Assembly: GCA_016748015.1 (NCBI GenBank)
Contig: JAAOMT010000276.1
Coordinates: 558,001-622,000 of the forward strand
Direction of reading: 5' to 3'
Origin: Geosiphon pyriformis uo1
Taxonomy: Eukaryota; Fungi; Glomeromycota
Length of the DNA: 64,000 nt
Shown here one piece after another: positions 12,959 to 25,200 of the stretch (the stretch's first letter is position 1; each line of letters opens with the position of its first letter). The notes under the pieces are model-generated. The model saw only the letters and a list, made by a program, of their open reading frames with translations. It searched no databases and was not told the DNA's origin. A program made the translations under genes and the position numbers.

Positions 12959-14300
12959 TTAATTTTGTCTCATTTTTGAGAGACTATCAACATTGGTGTG
13001 TAGTTTTCTTGGTTTGTGGTGTACAATATATTTGTAGTCTGCTAGGAAATCATTCCATTGAGACTGTTTGGCACTTTGTTTAGTTTTTTTTTTATTGAGC
13101 CATTTGAAACCAATATTGTCAATTATAATGTCAAATTCTTTTTCATTCTTCAGATATTGTTGAAAATGTTTAAGAGCCCAAATGACTATGACAGCTTCTA
13201 ATTCAGTTGAGCCATATTTGAGTTCTGTTGGCTTGAGTGTTCTACTAGTGTAGGCAATAACTTGTTCCTGGCCATTTTCATCCAATTGTGATAAGATGGC
13301 ACCAAAAGCTATGTGTGAAGCATCAATGGCTAGTTGGAACTGTTTGTTGAAGTCTGGGTAAGCAAGAACTGAGGCTGTTGTCAATCTTGTTTTGAGAGTT
13401 TTAAAAGCTTTTTGTTGTTCTTCTATCCATTTGTATGGCACATTTTTGTTGGTGAGATAATTAAGTAGTTTGGTAATTTCTGAGAATTCTTTGATGAATT
13501 TCTGATAGTAAGAGACTAATCCTACAAATTTTTGTAACTCTGTGGTATTTTTGGGAGTTTGAAAGTTTTTTACAGCACTGATTGTTCCAGAATTTGGTTT
13601 GACTCCATTTTTGCTAACTATGTGTCCAAGAAAAATTAAGCTTGTTTTTCCAAAGTGACATTTCTCAATGTTCAACTTTAATCCTGCTTTCCATAATCAT
13701 TGAAAAACTTCTCGCAGATGAATGAAATGAGCTTCAAAGCTTGAGGAGTACACATTAGTATTATCAAAATAGACAACTACTGATTGTCATAAGAGTTCTT
13801 TATATACGACATCCATAAGTCATTGGAATGTTGCTGGTGCATTGCAGAGTCCAAAAGACATAACATTGAACTCATAGTTTCCTTCTTGAGTGGTAAATGC
13901 TGTTTTGGGTCGATCTTTTGGGATTATTTCGACTTGTCAGTATCCACTTTTTAAGTCTAAAGTTGAGAAGAACTTGGCTTTTTCTAAAGCATCTAATATG
14001 TCATCAATTCTTGGAAGAGAGTAAACATCTCTAATTGTAACATTATTCAATTGTCAATAGTCAACACAAAATCTGATTTTTCCGTTTTTTTTTTAACAAA
14101 AACTATTGGTGAGACCCAAGGACTTCTTAATGGTTGAATCAATTCGTTATTGAGCATTCTTTGGACTTCTTCTCTGATAAATTGGTGGTTAGTAAATGGA
14201 ACTCAATAGGCTTGTTGTCATTTTGATAGAGCGTCTCCTGTGTAGATCTAATGTTGGACAATATCAGTTTTTCCAAGGTTATTGTTGTCTTTTGCAAATA
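12959..14300 (-). pseudogene. Gypsy reverse transcriptase and RNase H
   Basis: [16 protein letters not shown]; VYFDNTNV (decayed YxDD); LAIDAS..GAILSQ; YGSTELEAV; HKPRKLHTNVDSLS. Confidence 0.95.
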
Positions 14301-14799
14301 TATCTGCAAATTCAGTTATCAATTGTTTTAATTGTCTTTGTTGTTGGGGTTTTAAGAGACCCATGTTGATTTGAGAGAGTTTTTCCAACAGGTGATAGTT
14401 TTCAGTAATGGAGGTGATGTTTGGATTTGAAAGTAGAGTATGTCTTATAATTTTGGTGAAATTAGAGACAATTTGAGGGTTTTTATCTTGGAAGATATTG
14501 TTGTGTATGATTCCAATTTCTAATTTATTTAATAGGACAATAGGGTAATTGTTGAGGTTGTAGAATGTAACTCAAAATTTTTTCATCACTTTAAGAATAT
14601 AAACATTTGGGATTGAGATTTCATGCTTCAAACAGATTTGTTCATTGGATTCAAAGATTTGTTGGGTAGTGGTGGGTTTTGAGCAAATGTAAATTTCGTG
14701 ATGTTTTCCAAAAAGTGAAATGGTAATTGGTTGAAGAAGTTGAAAAATCTGGTAAGATTTATTCTGTGCATTGAGAGCTATGTTTACTGGCACTGTAAA

Positions 14800-15240
14800 T
14801 TGTCCAGTTAAACCAAAACCTTGCATTTCTCTTTCACTTTTTTCCAATTGTTCTCTGTTGTTAACTGATTGTAAACCCGAAATGTTGATTAAAGATAAAT
14901 AAATTGCTTGGGCAATCTTTTTAGCATGTTTAATCCTAAATGGTTTATCTGTTTCATTCTGTAACATAATAGTAATGTCTCCAGTATATTCTGCATCTAT
15001 AATTCCTTCTCTAACATTGATTCTTTTGCTTGCCAATGATGATTGAAAAGCAATTTGTACTATTGCTTCTGGTGGTATTTCCAAAGCAATTCTGAGATTG
15101 ATTTTGGTTAAGAATTTTGGTTGAAGAACCAAAGTATTTTTGCCAGAATATCTTAGGTTATATCCTGTATCAATTTCGTGGGTTTTTTCTGATTTTATTC
15201 CTTTTCCATTGTTGTTAAAGTATTTGAGTTGTATAGCAGG
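14800..15240 (-). pseudogene. dUTPase domain within Gypsy pol
   Basis: Decayed dUTPase motifs 1-5: TGYNL (AGxDL), FQSSLA (RSSL), EGIIDAEYTG (GxIDxxYxG), KIAQAI, and REMQGFGLTG (RGxxGFGSTG). Confidence 0.92.
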
Positions 15241-16011
15241 CTGGTTTTCAGTAAGATAGATTGGTGTGATTGCAATTTCTTCTTTTGTTTCCAGTTTTCC
15301 GAATTTAATTTCTTCTTGGTCATTTTTACTGGGTAAGGAGATGCTAAGAGCATAGCATTCTGGACACCATTTGTCATCACAAAGCATGATGCATTCTCCA
15401 CACAATTGAATGTTCATTTGCTCTAATTATTGAATTTAAGCTTTTTGGGTTAGATATGTGTGGCTTGCAATTTGGTGATATGTTTTTACCTCATCTTCAT
15501 AGTTGAATCCAGCTAATTCCATTGTATATTTAATGTATTCAGCTTCTTCCATTTAGCAGACATCTTCCTGTATGGCTCCATTAATTAAAGCCATTGCTAA
15601 ATCAAAGATTATTTCAGCATCATAAGAATAGTGGTAGAGTTTGTTGAGAGCACTGTTGTATGCTGCATCAAAAGGTGTTCCTCTTTTAACTTTTTCTGAA
15701 ATTAATAGGGCATATTGGCAGATTTGGTCACATACTCTTCCTTTCATTACAACATCAATCCAGTTGTATTCTTCTGGTAGCATATTTCTACATGTAAGAC
15801 AAAGAGTGTTGTCACATTTTTCACTCCTTTTGGGATATCCAAATTGTTCTTTATGGCATGTTTTGCAAAAGTAGTAGGTGTGAGTTTCATATTCTTCTTC
15901 TAAAAAAATACATGCTCTTATTGATGAAAGTTTCTTGTTGTAATCTTTGCATTTGAGTAGAATGTAAAGTGGTTGTTTCCATGGTTCTGGTATAGAATAT
16001 CTAACTATATT

Positions 16012-16737
16012 TCATCCTCTGGTTTCCTCAAAAATTTTTTGTTCTGTTTCTTCAGCCCAATTAGGTAATGATCCAAGAGCCATAAAGGTTTTAATGACTG
16101 GTAGTTCTTTTTCCTCTTTAAATTCGAATACTGAGGCTTTTTCAGTTTTCTTATTAAAAGTACTACAGGTAGCAGGTACTCTAGTGTGTTGTTCTTGATA
16201 TGAAATCTTCAATTCCTGGGTTTCCCAATCTAAATTTGCATTGGCCTTGAGAAGCCAATTATTTTTAACAAGCACTTGGTATTGTGGTGCATCTATAACT
16301 AGAACTTTGACTAAAATGATAATTCCATCAATGGTGAATAGGAAGTTGTCAATTTCTCCTACTGGAGTCTTTTTCATACCATTTGCAATGACAATTACAG
16401 TTTGGGCTAGTCTGTCAACAGTTTTTTGAAGCTGTTGTATTAATTGGTAGGTAATAATACTGCCAGCTAATCTACTGTCTAAGATTAACCAAATGGGTTT
16501 TCCTTTTGCTATAGCTTCAGTGTACATGGCAGTGATAGCTTTTTGTTCATTAGCTGCTGTATTACTAAGCAAGAATGGTAATTCATTTGCTTTAAATTCG
16601 AATGGGAATATATTTGAGAGGTTGGCATTTTGGGCAATTTGGGTTAGTGGAATAGTGTTGTTAGAAGGGTTTGATCTTGGTGCTGCAACTTTATCTTCAG
16701 AAAGTGCAGGTTGTTGAAAATCCGATTCTTCAGCCAT
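16012..16737 (-). pseudogene. Gypsy aspartic protease region
   Basis: LILDSRLAGSII (decayed DSG), IVIANG..PVGEI and YQVLVKNNWL (decayed xLGxDW). It appears in frame with the upstream gag. Confidence 0.9.
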
Positions 16738-17191
16738 TGTAAGATAACTGGATTGAGTGTGATAGTGATTGGGTCTTTACTGACCAGAATTTCAGAGAAC
16801 CAACTGGTTATTTGGATTGATTCTGTTGTTGTTATTCTGAAATTGACTTTGGAATGTAAATTGGTTATGTTGAACCAATCTTCTGGCTGGTACTTGATAT
16901 TGTTGAGTGGGTGGTGTCTGATATTGCTGAATTGGTAAAGATTGCTAATATTGTTGCTGTATTGGTTGTGGAGCTGGGTGATAGTAACTGTTTTGATTTT
17001 GTGGTCTTAGTAAATAATAAGTTGGAGATTGGTAATAAGATTGTTGTAGTGAAGAGTAATATTGATTACTCCTGTTTTGTTGGTCTCTTTACAATTTTCT
17101 GTAATCTTGTTTTCAATGTTCTGAGATTCTACAATAATAACAATTTTGAGGTTGGTTGTTGGATGGTGATCCAAAATTGTTTTGATTGCAT

Positions 17192-18181
17192 TGTTACCTG
17201 AGTAGAAAAACCAAAAAGCTATAAGAAAACATAACAAAAAAATGTGACAAGAAAAATGTAATACAACTCGAGATAACATAGAACAAATATGAGCAATAAC
17301 AAACAATAGCTAGCAATAATGAGCAATAGCTAGCAATAACAAGCAATAGATAGCAATAACGAGCAATAGCTAACAATAATGAGCAATAGCTAACAATAAC
17401 AAAACAATAGCTAGCAATAGTAAAACAATTGAAAGCAAAATTGTAAAACCAAAAGAATGTATAAAAACAAATAGTTGTAGAAGTTGAAAAGACAGTTAGT
17501 TAAACAGTTAGTTAGAAATCAATTTTACTTTATATTCTACTTATTATATATCCATAGTCCAAAATACAATAATTATTAAAAACACAAAATCCAATTTACC
17601 AATTCATGTTTTCCAATCTTACAGATTTTAATTGAAATTAAAATCAGTATTTCCTACCTTTGTTCTAGAACAGATGCCATTAGCATAAATGCCTCGAACT
17701 CTTAACAATTTGGACCAATTGCTCTTGATCATAACAATTAATAGGAATTAATTCTTTTTTTTTTCTTTTTTTTTTTCTTTATTTTTTTTTTTTTTTTTTT
17801 TTTTTTTTGGAGTGGCAACATAAAAAAATCAACTGTCTTAAAATAGACTTCGTGATAGTCTGATAAAAGAGGGAAGCTCCCTCTAAGTTTTGGATATTAA
17901 TATTATCTTGGTAGCTTACCAGAAGAGCGAAAAGACAATGCCAGATTCTAATAACTGTACTCGTTGGTGTGGAGAAGAAAGCTCATATTTACAAAAAATG
18001 TTGCAATCAACGAAAGACAAACTCTGTGCCTTATAACCAAAGAACTCAATAGATAAATTCTCATCCAGAAAAGACCTTCAGAGACTGATAAACATCAATC
18101 TTGTGGAAAACATACAACCTTAGAATACTAAATTAGAGTACCAAATATTACTACTATATTCCACCAAGTTTATCTATAACA
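17192..18181 (+). mobile_element. Solo LTR of Gypsy family B inserted in Gypsy A gag
   Basis: TGTTA..TAACA ends, TSD gcat (17188-17191 and 18182-18185), homologous to 61524-62542. Confidence 0.95.
17290..17420 (+). repeat. Tandem repeat of a ~20-bp unit (gagcaatagctagcaataat) inside LTR B
   Basis: About 6 degenerate contiguous units built from agcaata sub-repeats. Confidence 0.85.
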
Positions 18182-19584
18182 GCATCTTTGTGGTAGTTGA
18201 TATCTTTATGGTTGCTGCTGTTGTTGTTATTGGTTTGTAAAGTAGTTTTCAACCTTTTTTGTGAATTGGTCTATTTTTTTCCAGCTGCTGAGCTGGTTTC
18301 TCTAATAGTTAGGTTGACAAGTTTGGTGTGGTTTGCTTCTTTCATTGTCATTTTATAGTTTTTTGCATGTTTAATGGCTATTGCTAAGTCTGTTGGTACA
18401 TGTGGACAGACTTTCTTAATCAATTTGTCTTTTAATCTTGCTATAAACTGATCCAGAATCTGAGTATTGGAATAGTATTCATTGGTTTCCAATTGTCAAA
18501 TTCGTCAAAAAAGTTTGTTGAATCTCCCAAGATAAGTCATAACAGTTTCAGATGTTTCTTGTTTGATATTGTGAAAGTAATTGTGGAGAGTGATAGAGGT
18601 GTTGTTGTTGGTAAATTGTTGTAAAAAAACATCTTTGAATGCTTGCCAGTTTTTAAATGGGTTTTCCAAGTTTTCAAACCATTCTTCTGCAGTTCCTTGG
18701 AGAAAATATGGGATTGCTTTGAGCATTCTTGCTGCATTCCAACCATTTATATCTTTTGCTTTTTGAACTTTGTCAAGCCATTCTTAAGAACTGGTATTAT
18801 TGTTTTCACCAGTAAATTCTGAGATCTTTGCAATGTAAGCAGTTGCCATTTCTTCTTCATTTTTTATAGTTTCTTCTTGTTCTGATTCAGTTTCTTCACT
18901 TTTTAAGTTTTCTGAATGATTACTTTCGTTTTCCTGTAAGTAATCAATGATATTAGTGCTTGTTAATATTGGTTTCTGCTGTTAAGTAGGATTTCTAGGT
19001 GACTGAAAGTCTTCTGGTCTGGAAAAATGGTTGAGTGGTGAATTTGGTGTTTGTGGTCAAAGCAAGTGAAATTGAAAATAATGTAATAGAAAGTGATAAT
19101 TTGACACTGGTTCCTTGTTCAGTGTTTGCAAGTGTTTGGCAGTTGTCTTTGGAGTGTTTGGGATGGTTTTTGAGTATTGTTTCACTTTTTGTTTGTCTTT
19201 GTTGCTTGTTTTTGTTTCTGATTCAAAGTCAAGAAAGTATTTGAACTGTACTGGGTATTTTTCTTCACAATACTCAATAATGTTAAAATTAAGTTCTTGA
19301 AAGTAGGTAGCAAGTGTTTCACTGTTCAGGTCTTCTGTTTCCAATTGTGAATAGTGCACTAAATTATTGTAAAGATTGCTTCTAACTTCTGAAATGTTGT
19401 AGTTTCTAAAAAGATAATTGTTGATGTGGTTTTCAATGTATTGGTATACTGATTTCTTGACAACTTCAATTCTGTCTGGGATGTTGAATCTTTGCTTGCA
19501 GTGGGTGTAAATTGACTGATAATACTCTAGAGTTGTTGTGTCTGGTGTGGTCACCACTTTGAATTTGTTGTTGCTGTGTTATTT

Positions 19585-19600
19585 CCATAGAAGAGCACCA
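19585..19600 (-). promoter_or_regulatory. Primer-binding site of Gypsy A
   Basis: TGGTGCTCTTCTATGG begins 2 nt after the 5' LTR end TAACA; the priming tRNA is not identified. Confidence 0.8.
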
Positions 19601-19602
19601 AA

Positions 19603-20565
19603 TGTTACTGGAGGTTTTTGGTCTCTTTTCTTGAATGTTGGTAATGTTGATTTGTTGTGAATTCACATTCTCAGGAAATAGTTGGACCTCCAGTAACTGA
19701 ATTTATCTTCAAATTATCTCCTATAATTTGAACTGCTGGACTTATAAGTGGAATGGCCAATTCCTTGCCAGTTACTTTATGTAGTTACATTGTAGTAAAC
19801 ATCAACTTTTTCCCAGAAATTGCTCATCTGGAAGCTTACTAAAATGTGTAGTTACTTTGCTGTGAAAGTCAACTCTTCTACAGGCATCTTGTCTGTAGGC
19901 TACTCTAATAATTATGATAAAAAAATAAAAGAAATATAAAAGAAATGGAATTTTATCAAGGGAAATGTTTTCTATTCAGGCCTGAAGTCACTAACAGATT
20001 ATTGAAATTGGTAGCTAATTAATTTCAAAAACGTTAGTTGTGTTAAGAGAATTTCAAGTATAATAATCAAAGGATTTGGTTTTTGAATATTTAATTTTTT
20101 TATTTGATTTTGTAAAAAGATGATTTGTTTCAATTAAGATATCTAAAGTAAGATACTATGGTAAGATACTATGAGAAGATACATTTTTTTGAAAAGAGAA
20201 GCTCTTCTTTTATACAACTTGTTATAGTACTAGTTTTTGAACTTGCACTTTTTTCTTTGCTACAATTTGGGTAAACTAAAAATACATTTTGGCAAACTAC
20301 AAGTTATTTTACTGAACTATTGATTATTTCGGCCAATTTTCATTAATTTCGGCAAATTTTGACTATGTTAAATGGTTCAGAATATTGTGTAATTTGATCA
20401 TCTAAATTTTTAAAGTACAAATCGGATTATTGATTGAGTAATAATATTTGATAATTTGGCTAATTAATAAGTGATAATTGAAATAATAATAATATATGTT
20501 AATTAATAATAAAAATTATAAAAGTAATTTCATGCTAATTAATAGCTAAAATTCTACTGATAACA
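19603..20565 (-). repeat. 5' LTR of Gypsy A
   Basis: TGTTACTGG...TAACA on the plus strand, direct repeat of 9691-10664, adjacent to the PBS. Confidence 0.97.
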
Positions 20566-20569
20566 GTGG

Positions 20570-22145
20570 TTATTTGGGTGTGAGAATTTTTTTCAGGAAA
20601 TATAGTCTTATTTTTGCCAACCAACTTCTAGATTATTATGGTATGTGTTTCACTTAAAACACTTTTTACAGATAGAAGAGACTTGATTCCAGAGATCTAA
20701 TTTCTACCTGGTTTGTCTTTATTACTGATTTTGTTAAAAATGGTGGTTTGGGCAATAGTATGGCTATAGTGTTTTGTTCTGCTCTTACCAACTTTTCTTG
20801 TGATATTGGTTTTATTTCTGAGCATTTGCTTGTCTTCAAGTATGGCTTTGTTGATGTTTATACTGATAGTTTTGTTAAGAGTTTGGGTCTATTGGTGCTT
20901 GTAATGGTGCTGCAGCTTATTTTTCAAAAGCTAATGTAAGCATTAGTGTGAAAGTTCTTGGCTTACTGTTCTTTACACTAGTGGAGCTGCAAGCCATTGC
21001 TTTAGTGTTAAAATGTGTACCTGTCTTTAGCACTGTTACCTTGTTTACAAACAGTTAGGTATTGTTGAATATACACAAGTTTGATGTGGGTGTGTCTGAA
21101 CCTGATTTTCACCACAAATGCTAAATTAAGAAAAAACATATTTGTCAAGCTATTTCAAAAAAAAAATCTGTCAGTTATGTGGAGAAAGATCAAAAAACAT
21201 TCAGGCATTGTCAAGAATAAGCAAGCAGATTTTTTTGCTAATACAACAGTTTTTTCTAAGTCTGTACTGCCCCTAAGTGTGCCATGTTACTTTTTTAGTA
21301 TTGAGAATAGACCTGTCTCTAGAAATGCACATTATTTTGTTAGGAGTTTGTTCAATACTGTTAATTTTGTCAGTTGGAAATTCAAGTATAGTGCTGGGAT
21401 CATGGATGTTGGTGTTGCTGGTGATGTTGATGCAGCCAAGTCTTTCAGTGTTTGGCATTTTGATAGTAGAATTTATTTTAGTTATATCAGTTCATCTTCA
21501 GCTTTTTTGCAGTCTTATCTTATAAAAGCTTTGCACTATTATCTGCTGGTTACTATGAGAAAAAGATTGTATAATCCTAAATATTCTAATGTAACGTGCA
21601 TTAAGTGTGAAATGGTTGAGAACTCTAATTATTTGTTTTTATGTGCACATGATAACAATGCCAGAAAGAATTTATTATTAAACATTAATATGAAGTGGTA
21701 TAAGCTGGCTGGTGATTCTGCTGTGGAAAGTAAAATAATACAATTTCTGCATGAAACTGAATTATCTGGTAATTTATACATATTATTGGCCAAGAAGTTT
21801 GTATTAAAAAGCTGGGTGGCTAATGCTGTTCTATGTCTTGGCTCTGTTTCTAATAGCAGTTTGATTGTTAAGTTGGTTTGCAGTCTTGCCAAAAGTCATA
21901 GATCTAATATTTGGTCATCTGCTGCCAAATTAAAAGTCTTTTATAAGAAACACAATCTTTTACCATATAATAGATCTGCTGTATCATTGGTTATTGGTTT
22001 GTTGAACTTTTGGACTGTTAAGGTCATTTGCAGCTTTGGTGTCAGGTTGAATATTCATATGTGTTTTGGTTTGTGTTTTTGTCTTACTGGTTTGGGCTTT
22101 AGTTTCTTAAATAATATTTCTTTAATGGATCCTATATGTATATAG
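20570..22145 (+). pseudogene. LINE L-c ORF2 3' part (RNase H and zinc finger)
   Basis: DVYTDSF, WRKIKKHSGIVKNKQAD and CIKCEMVENSNYLFLC; it resumes the codon run interrupted at 9690 (LGLSG|YLGV). Confidence 0.9.
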
Positions 22146-22281
22146 TGCTGTTTTGACTAGACCAAATGTCTGGTCATGTATAGAAAAGGCATGAGTCATA
22201 TTTAATTTAGAATCTTGTTTGATTTTATGTATTTAAGTAGTGGTTGGGCTGCACTCATAAAATCCTTAATAAAAAAAATAT

Positions 22282-23000
22282 ATATTAATAATAAAAACAG
22301 AAAAAATTAACTTATTAATTAGTCTATTATTGAAAATTTTAAAACTTTTAGAAAAAGTAAAAACAATATTAAAATTAATTCAAATATATTTTTTAGAAAA
22401 ACTTTAACTGAAAAAAAATCATTAGTTAAAAGTAAAAAACATATTTTAAAAGTTGTTAAAAATAGCTTTTTATTATAAAGAAAGTAATATTTAAAACTTT
22501 TTTGCTTTTTACTATAATTATAATTATAAAATTAAGAAAAAAAAAATTTTTTTTGATAATTAACAATTTTTTTTAGTATTATTAGAAACAATATTATTAA
22601 AAAACAGAAAAAATGTAAATTTTTAATTTTTAAAATTAAATAATCTAATAATCTAATTAGTTAAAAACCAATATATTAAACAATATAATTAAAAATTAAT
22701 ATTAATCAATGTATTTTTATTATTATTATTTAAAACAAAATTTATTTATTTATTTATTATATAATAATATTAAGCATTATAATTAATACAAATAATATAA
22801 AATTAATAAAAAAATAAAATCTTTATTTTTTATAAAAAAAATTAATTTTAAAATTAAAGCTAATATTAAAAAATTTCAACAATTTAAAAAAGTTATTATT
22901 AAATATAATAAATATTTAAAAAAAAATTTAATTAATTTGGTTTTTTTAGCTATTTAAATAGTAATAAAAAAAATAAAGAAAAAATAATTTTATTACTAAC
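22282..23000 (-). mobile_element. 5' continuation of the family X element split by LINE L-c
   Basis: 4500-4582 joined to 22282-22480 matches the uninterrupted copy at 24760-25030. The right boundary is approximate. Confidence 0.6.
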
Positions 23001-23439
23001 TTTTTATCAAAAATTAAGACTCTTAAAAAAAATAAAAATTATATTAAAATTATTTTAAATAAATTTCTTTAATAAAAGTTTGATTTATTATTATTTTATT
23101 TAAAAAAACACTTTTATAAAATATTATTAAGTAGTTTTAATAATTATAAGTACTTTATTAATAAAAATATTATTAAATACATTAAAAAATAAAATAATTA
23201 TATCTTTTTTATTTTGGTTATAAGTATAAAAATATAAAAAAAAGACTTTATTTTTGGAATTTTATAAAATTATTTTAATTTAACTATAAATATTTATATT
23301 TTATTTATGTATTTAATTAAAATTAATTAAATAAATTCTATTATTTTTATAATTATTAATTTGATATATTTAAAATTTTAAAGTTTTTAATATTAAATTC
23401 TTAATATAAATTCTTAATTAATATTTTGTAAAATTTTGT

Positions 23440-25200
23440 TTTATTTTTTATTTATTAAATTTAATATATAGTTTAATTATTATTTAATACAATATGTTAA
23501 ACTAAATTACATTAAAATTATAAAAAAAATTTGTTTTAAGAAAACATTTTATTATTATTCTTAATAAAATTAATTAATAATATAGTAGTTATATTTATAT
23601 TAGATTTAATATTATTGAATTAATGTTTTTAGAAAGTAATTAGCTTAGTATAAAGTTTATTATTAAGTAAATCAATATTATATTTTTTTATATAATTAAT
23701 ATTATAATTGTATTTAGTTTTAATTATTATTACAATCAAAAAAAACTAATTTACAATTTTAATAAGAATAAATACTTTATTTTAATAACACAAATCATAT
23801 TTTTAAGCTTCATATATAAAATAAAAAAAGTATTTAAAAAAATAATAATTAATACAATTAATAAATTAATAAGTTCAATAATAAACTTAATTAAAAAATT
23901 TAATCTTGACTTGATTATATAATTAACAGCAAAAACAATAAAAATAAAAATAAAAAGAACAAAAACTTTAACATAAAATTTTTTATTAATAAAAAATACA
24001 AAAAATTTAGAATTAACCATAAACTTAATAAACAATTTAAAAAAATAAGTTAATAATATTTTATAATTATTAGACAAATATTTTAAACTTTAATATCTCT
24101 AATAATAATAATATTTACACAAAATATTAATTTTAATAATATTAAGATTTAAACATTTATAAAAATTAAATATTATAACAACAAAATATTGATAATAATA
24201 AGAATTAAAAAAATAAAAAATAAAGTAAATATAGTTACTAACTTAAAAAATCAAATCACTAATTTTAAAAACAGTACAACTAAAAAAAAATCAATTAATT
24301 TAATCTTAAAAATATTTCTTAAAATAATAATTTTTTTGATTAAAAAGAGTAAAAAAGACAAACCAAAAACTATTATAAAAAATTTTACAATTTTAAGTAT
24401 GATTAAAAAAAAAATTACCAATAACAATTTTAATAACAACCATAAAAAACTCAGAAGCAAAATTTATATAAAACAATTTAATATTATCTTTTAAAACAGA
24501 TTTAAGTTCAATAAAATTAGACAACAAATAAAACAAAAAATTTATTAAAGCCAATTTAATTTTAAATATAATATTAAATATTAAAATAAAGATTACTTAC
24601 TCAAAAAAATTTTAATAATTAAAAATTAATTAATTTGAGTTTTATTTAATCAGTTTAATTCTTAAAATTAAGTAACTTAATTAATTGTTTTATTTTTAAA
24701 ATTAACAATAATTTATTAAAATATATTATATTTAATAATATAATTAGTAATTAATAATAGTAATTGTAAGCAATTATTACTATTTTTTGATTTTTTGGTC
24801 TTTTTGGCTATTTATAAAATATTAATAATAGTATTAGTAATAAAAACAAAAATAACTAACTTGTTAATTAATTTATTATTAAAAACATTTAGATTTTTAG
24901 AAAAAATAAAAACAATACTAGAATTAATTTAACTGTGTTTTTTGAAAAAACTTTAACTAAAAAATCATTAGTCAAAAGTAAAATAAATGCTTTAAAAGCT
25001 ATTAAAAACAGCTTTTTACTATTAATATTTAAAAAAAATATTATTAGAATATTTTGTTTAATTGTTTTAATAACAAAAAGATTTTTTTTTATTAAAATTT
25101 TATTAACTATTATAAAAAAAACAATGTTTAAAACTTTTTTATTTTTTGCTTTAATTATAATTATAAAATTAAAAAAGAAAAAAAATCAGTTATTTTATTA
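23440..25200 (-). mobile_element. Family X copy (uninterrupted, with internal deletions)
   Basis: 23800-24360 aligns to 3050-3740 and 24480-24740 aligns to 4060-4370. A LINE-like 3' terminus is at 23440-23520. Confidence 0.65.

Larger units (their letters stand above)
16740..19557 (-). pseudogene. Gypsy A gag (long N-terminal extension, capsid, CCHC knuckle, Q/N-rich tail), split by a solo LTR
   Basis: Capsid-like YFLQGTAEEWF..WQAFKDVFLQQF and IKQETSETVMTYLGRF. Knuckle CYYCRISEH*KQD(C>Y) at about 17100-17142. Confidence 0.88.
9691..20565 (-). mobile_element. Complete Ty3/Gypsy LTR retrotransposon, family A (inactivated)
   Basis: Paired LTRs with TGTTA..TAACA ends (the left end decayed to TATTA), 4-bp TSD gtgg (9687-9690 and 20566-20569), PBS, PPT, and domain order gag-PR-dUTPase-RT-RH-IN. 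Confidence 0.97.
4583..22281 (+). mobile_element. Full-length decayed LINE (L-c), interrupted by a Gypsy insertion at 9691-20565
   Basis: 5'UTR about 4590-4711, ORF1 4712-6592, ORF2 6589-9690 plus 20570-22145, 3'UTR and A-tail to about 22280. Candidate TSD atattaataa at 4573-4582 and 22282-22291. Confidence 0.9.

Noticed and set aside
17290-17420. Regular ~20-bp repeats as a CRISPR array
   Set aside because: The units are contiguous with no unique spacers, lie inside an LTR in eukaryotic DNA, and there are no cas genes.
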